Of a DNA stretch of 55,465 bases, positions 49,701 to 55,465 are shown piece by piece. The stretch covers positions 1-55,465 of the forward strand of contig NW_024705306.1 of assembly GCF_018977255.1 (NCBI RefSeq), written 5' to 3'. This DNA comes from Callorhinchus milii. Its lineage: Eukaryota. Made by a program: the position numbers and the translations under genes. How positions within the stretch are numbered: the first letter of the stretch is position 1; each line of letters starts with the position of its first letter. The notes under the pieces were generated by a model. The model worked only from the letters and a program-made list of their open reading frames with translations. It had not been told where the DNA came from and searched no databases.

Positions 49701-52700
49701 GATGCGCTAACCCACGCGTATTCTGTAATGTAATATCGAGTGACGTAGTCCGCTTTCGACCCGTTGCGCTTCTAGCTGTAGATACAAAAGGACACGGTAC
49801 CTGTCGGTGCTCGTTCGCGTTTTGCTAGAAAAATCCTCTAGCGAGAGTCTTTTTCGAATTCATGTTTATGATTGTAATTCTTAGCTGGCCAACTGCGGGT
49901 TCAGCTGATCCCAGTGATAACATTATACAGCGTGTATACTAAGTGAGGGAATGGCGAGAGGAAATTATAACCGTGGCAGGCCAAGCGACGATCAGTTTGG
50001 TACCTCTGGCTAAACCCTGCGACCAGTTCAGGTACCTTTGGCCACGCGACAATGCCCCTACCAGATCACCCTCGTCAACCTAATTAGTGAGACAGGCTGC
50101 TCGTTTGTGTCCCCTCGTAACATCCGGTGCTTCTTTTGATCCTGTTATAAACACCCGACACTGGAGACGCCGAACGCTAGTCTCGTCATATACCGTTGTG
50201 GATAGATCCCCAGTACGGTGCAATCATCAGCCTTATGTATATGAGCGTGCAATAGCTGGCAGTACCCTTATTTTGATACCATTGGTCTTTCGCAGAGAGT
50301 AGTAGTGAGTTAATCGCCAGGTGATGTGCGCGTATACGAATTAGTGTAGACAGCGGAAAATCCCTTCGTGGCATTTGCCAGTCCACAATGCGTCTTCCTT
50401 TAACGTATAAAACCTAAAATGGCGAAATTATGTGGTCCTTGTCACACGACGCTTAACTGAGAGGAGGCTGGAAAATAAAAAGCACGCATTTGGGTGGGCG
50501 GGGCCGGGAATTAACTGTTCGTTACCTAATGCTTTAACCAGAAAAAGGCGGTTACAGTGCAACCGGGCTTCCTTAGAAAAAGCGATGTGGACAGCGCACG
50601 AACCTACTATGCTAAAACTGCAGGACGGGAGCATGGCGTGTTACACCCGTTGTCTGCACGAGAACAAGCCCGCATAAGGGTCTCTGCTATACGCCGGAGA
50701 AATACTGAACTGATTTCAGACTATTTTGATACATGTCTGAGCGCACGCATCATCACAAAGGGGTCTTGGCTTGCCAGGAGGTATGGGCTCACTCAAGATG
50801 CCGCAGGGTAACCTAGAAAGACTGGCTCCTGAAAATGATCGCCACTCGACAGACCGAATCGCGACTCTGCGTGAAGTATGGGTAGAGCGGATTCCACCTA
50901 CGTTTCGATTGTATAGGGGCCCGTGGGGGGGAATAGTCATCGATTAAACACAGCTAAACTTAGACGCTTAACAGGAAAAAATAGCATTGCGAACTAAGTC
51001 TCACCATTTAAAAGTTAGGCGGTCCCCGGCTGTTCTTATACCCCTAACAAGCTCGGTCCTCTCTAAGGACCCAATTGCTGTGAGTTGATCTGAACACACA
51101 TGACATCTGGAAAATTATTCACAACGATTTGGTCACGTCCATGTTATCTAAGTGACATAGACAGCCCTAATCGTGCGCACGGGTGTTAATGGCTCGAGTG
51201 ATTCGTAACCTCGGATTGCCTCAGCCTACCGGTATAACAAGACCCCTTGTTTGTCGAAACGTGGCAAGCACGGGGACTACACTCTTGTCAAATATAGGCA
51301 CTACAACCTGTTCCGCCTCTTTAGATTCGGTGTCATGCGCGCGTTTAGCTGGCCGAACATTCGGAGAAGTTGCGGGTGTTTGCCAACACTGGACTCTTAG
51401 GCAGCAGACTACCAACCGTAATGGAATAAGAGTCTGAATTACCGAGTCCGCGCAGTCGTCAGTCTGTGTTTACTGTTATTCCTCTCCCCCCCTCCGCCGT
51501 TCTGCTGGCATCTTATCCAACGTAGCGTCGGGGAGGCTACTGGTAAAAACAAGCTGTATTGTATTATGTTTCCGTTTCATACGGTTCTACGTCAGTAGTT
51601 GTCACCGTGCGGGTCTAAGGGTCAATCTATTATATGCCCCCTTGCTACTGAATCCGTCGTTACAGCTGCAATGTGGCCATGCGTCAATGTAGAGTAGTGA
51701 ATTCTGCGTGATGGATGATGCATCATGCCTAGAAATGTCCGATAAGATAGTCAAATTATGCCTTTACTGTATCAGTTCATTGACTGGTTTCCGTAGGGGC
51801 GGCAGTCGCACTTTAACGTAAATACGGCGGCCCACCCTCCTAATGGAAAAAGACCAGCAGAGTCGCCGCAGCGACCACTACAGGTGCTGTTACGCATAAC
51901 TTACCGATAATTTGGGATTACACCACAATTGACGTCTGCAAGGGTACCTCAGCGGTGAACCTATGTGAGCGCATCGCTCTCATAAATAATTGTTTGTTTC
52001 GAATAAATCCGTGCCGTTAGGCCCCGCGTCGCCTTAGTTCCTTCGGACTGGTAAAAGCCCGAATTTTTAACTCAGCGTCGACCTTCTTTCTGCAATGGAC
52101 CTTGTGCAAAGAATGCGGGCAGTTCGAGATAGCTGTTGTGCGTTACAGCTATTTCGCCGCTACATGACCACTAATGTAGTATGTGCTTCAACAGAGGCTC
52201 TGAAGCATCCGATCTCCGGGTACGCGCGGGATTAATTCTTGGCTTGTCTACGAACCGGAGCGTACGCCAGGTTGCTGGACTCAGTAAGTGCTGGCTAAGC
52301 GGCTTCTATCTACTCCTTCGCGCGTTGTTCTATACGGAAGACTGAGACATTCTGCCCGTAATTCGAACTGCAAACCCCCACGCATACCAAGCTGTCGAGT
52401 TGAGAACATCGACGCGGCATCCCCCACGGCAGAGTGTACTACCCGCTCCGCACAGGGGAGCAACAGAGATTAGCGGCCTCATGGTCATTGCTGCGTACGG
52501 AAAGCGGCACGTTTGCCCCCATTAGGGGCGTATGAGCTTATCCATCAGAACTGACCCGAACACCAATAGGCTTGTTTCAAATCTGCGGAAATACATTTGA
52601 CAGCGGAGAAGTGTGGTATACCTTGATTATTATTGGAGTAGGAGGAGCGTTGCACGGGCCACGTGGACTGATTCTTATAACTTTCACACAATTTTAGACA

Positions 52701-55465
52701 TAGGAAGTCAGTGCATTGGTATCAATCGTGGCAACCCGGATTCCGGTTCTAATATTACGGCGATCGACATGTGAATTCACGAAACAAAGGAGTGTTGAAG
52801 TGAAATCTGAATTTGGTACAAGCAGACCAACTGTCTCTCCGATGGTGTGTCGGAGACGTGTCAAACTAACGGACAACGACGTAAAGCATCTCTGGGCTGG
52901 TGGGGGTCAGTAGGATTATCATCTTATTTACTTAAGGTCCGCGGACACGAACCCGACTGATGTAGCGGGTATACAATTTAGGCGCTTTATACGGGAGGCA
53001 TTGGCCGGAACCGCTTTGAATGTTCCAAGAAAGACAACCGCCCACCACACGCTGCACACGCGTGCTTCTTTGCGTATGCATTCAGTATATTGTACACGTT
53101 CTCATGATATAAAAGGGGGAAACTTGTCTGATGGGGGATCATACCGAGATCACCTGAGCCCTGAGCGCATGCCTGGACTTGTTTGGCCAAAGCTGGCAAT
53201 GGGCTCGCGCTTTTAAGAGAGAGCGTCACACAAAGCCCTGTACGCAGCTCGGGGTGTCGACGTCACGGCGGCTTTGCTGAACAGGTAACTATGCCGCTGC
53301 GCGTTGGGCCCTAGGGTCCATCGCCGTCCCCCCAATGTTTTACGTAAGCTGTTAGTCATGGGACAAAAGGTGTCCTAATAAGCCGTACAGAGCTTCCAGG
53401 AGGGTCGTCCTGCTGGACGCGTGGGCCTTAGAATCCCTCAAAATGCGCGCGTGTCGGAATCGACGACTCAAGCATAGTACTCCTTTTCACTCCGTAAGAC
53501 ACGCAAGGAGGCTGGTTGCCACCGGTGCTCCATGTTTGCCCAGCCCTATGCCGTTCCTATGCCACCGATTTTCTCGCCCGTGGTAGGATAAATGTATTAT
53601 AACTCTGTTTCCGAACCCCCAATACTCACCGAACCTGTTCGGGAGAATGCTAATAGCATCAAAGTTGAACTTAGTCGGCGATCGGTAAGGTGCAGCGGAG
53701 ATGCGCAGTAAGATTTTCACTCGTCCAACGTCTAGAGACTTGTTTTGTGAACTTTTTAAGTCCGGATTGGGAGCAGGCATTAATTAGCAACGACAAGGAG
53801 TATACCCTAATCGGGAAGTCCCTCCGTGTAATCCGGCTAGGCGTGCCAGGGCTCTGGCTGGACCTAAGCATACACGGGTCCACCGGCGCAGGTAGCCTCT
53901 GGTTACCGCGATGCTGTGTTATTGAAATACACGTATTCATCCCGAATTATAAGCCGCTTATGAGCGCAGTTACCTACTTGGGTGGACCGCTACCTGAACC
54001 GAGTCCGGCTAAATGGCCTTATTGCCGACACATGGAAAGGCCCACGTCAGACGCGCATGGAGACTATATGCTGGCTCTTCTTACCCTCACGCTAACTCAC
54101 GTAGCTAATTCCGAGTAGAATAAGCTAGAAAAGAAGGGGTCAAGAGTACTCTTCCTGAGAGGACCCCACTAGGGGGCTGTTACAGGTCGCCGTAGCGCAT
54201 GTCTGTACTTTCTAGAATGCATCTAGGGTCTCCTGCGAGGGAACTTTTGGAGGGGGTAGGAAGACTATCTGTGGTGATACCACTATCAGAGCTGAGCAAG
54301 TCACATGTAGCATAGAATATATCTCAAAACTGTCAACCTTATACTGCGCCTACCTTTAAATCTAGATCAACAGGACGAAAATACCTCCAAAGCTGATGCC
54401 ACATTATCTGCATATTTCTCGAGCAATTGTTGTTGACATGAGGCCAACTGAAGAGATTAAGCACGACAAGTAGGGGACTCAAGGCGGCCCGTCTTGAACT
54501 GCCAACAATGTAAGTATAGTTAATTAATAATCGAGGGTTTACAGTCATACTTGGAGTACCCAACGGGCACCTGTCAGCCATAGAGAACGTGCGCTGACTC
54601 AATTTCCCTAGGCACAACATTCACACAAAGAACCTTATTGGCTTAGGACAATAGGTTTCATGTACCTTGAAATTCTTCGGCTGATCACATCACGGTCTGT
54701 ACGCTCCTAGTATCATGATGTCCATACAGAGACCCGAACCAACGTTGTTGTAAAGGGGAATGCGTGTAATGGGCACATAATTTCAAAGAAGGCATTAGTT
54801 GCATCATTTTCACCTTGGTATAAAGCCCTGTTAATGACGGAGTTGAAACCGGGGCATTCCGAACATCTTGTCGGGTTGTTCTCTTTTTCTCGGCTCTAAA
54901 GGAATCTACTCGGGAGCTAGCTTTGTTGAGGACAAGCAATAAGTCATACCAGGACGAGCCCGATAGCTGGCGTGTGTCATAGCTCGTGTCTGAGTCAACT
55001 CACGCTAAGCAGCGCCTGACAGATATGCTACTTTGGTGAATAGCCTATACGCCGATTCGAAACATAATTCCGCGCTCTCTTCCCGAAATGGCGGCAAGAC
55101 ATCTTCAAAGCTACCTAGCGGCGTACTCCGCTTTAAAGATCAAGACTAACTGGAGTATGTGGAACACAAGGGGTGTTACAAGTAAACGTAGATAGTCGGG
55201 GGCTCGTAGATGTATTACTACAGACCATAACCGAGCTATTCCCATTTGTAATAATCAGGAGATACAGAATGAACTTCGTCGTAACGCGGACTTCGTTTTG
55301 ATTTTCGATACACTTCTTACGGTCGTCTCTCTTCGAGTTCTTGTGAGGCTCTCTAAGCTGCTATGTGTCGTCAACCTCTTGCGTATGGTAAATAGCCCCC
55401 TTCTGATCTGGTTCCATGTTCTGGTGATGCAGCACGCCTACGACTATGCATATCAAAGATTAATC
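37769..55465. other. Featureless random-like sequence (probably shuffled or synthetic, not contiguous genome)
   Basis: Even base use by eye. No microsatellites, SINEs or recognisable exons. Longest ORF is 159 aa and unrecognisable. The PLE cut by the gap does not resume. Confidence 0.8.

Overview
Positions 1-37738 are eukaryotic vertebrate-type genomic DNA. GC-rich exons, V-SINE-like repeats and strongly diverged orthologues suggest a jawless fish such as a lamprey; this is an inference. Two multi-exon genes lie head-to-head: TTC17 (minus strand, 19 coding exons traced from 23641 down to 3456; the last exons were not found and probably lie off the left edge) and TRAF6 (plus strand, 6 coding exons, 28577 to about 35239). 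Their start codons are about 4.9 kb apart and no RAG1/RAG2 lies between them, although that is the side of TRAF6 where jawed vertebrates carry RAG. Introns and flanks hold Penelope-like retroelements (RT + GIY-YIG). Their pseudo-LTRs carry nine minimal hammerhead-ribozyme-like motifs with covarying stems, and there are several TSD-flanked fold-back insertions, SINEs, a pogo-like MITE, putative solo LTRs and three minisatellites. Four single-base deletions in the two genes, mostly in G/C runs, look like sequencing errors. After a 30-N gap (37739-37768) the remaining 17.7 kb looks like random or shuffled sequence with no supportable feature.
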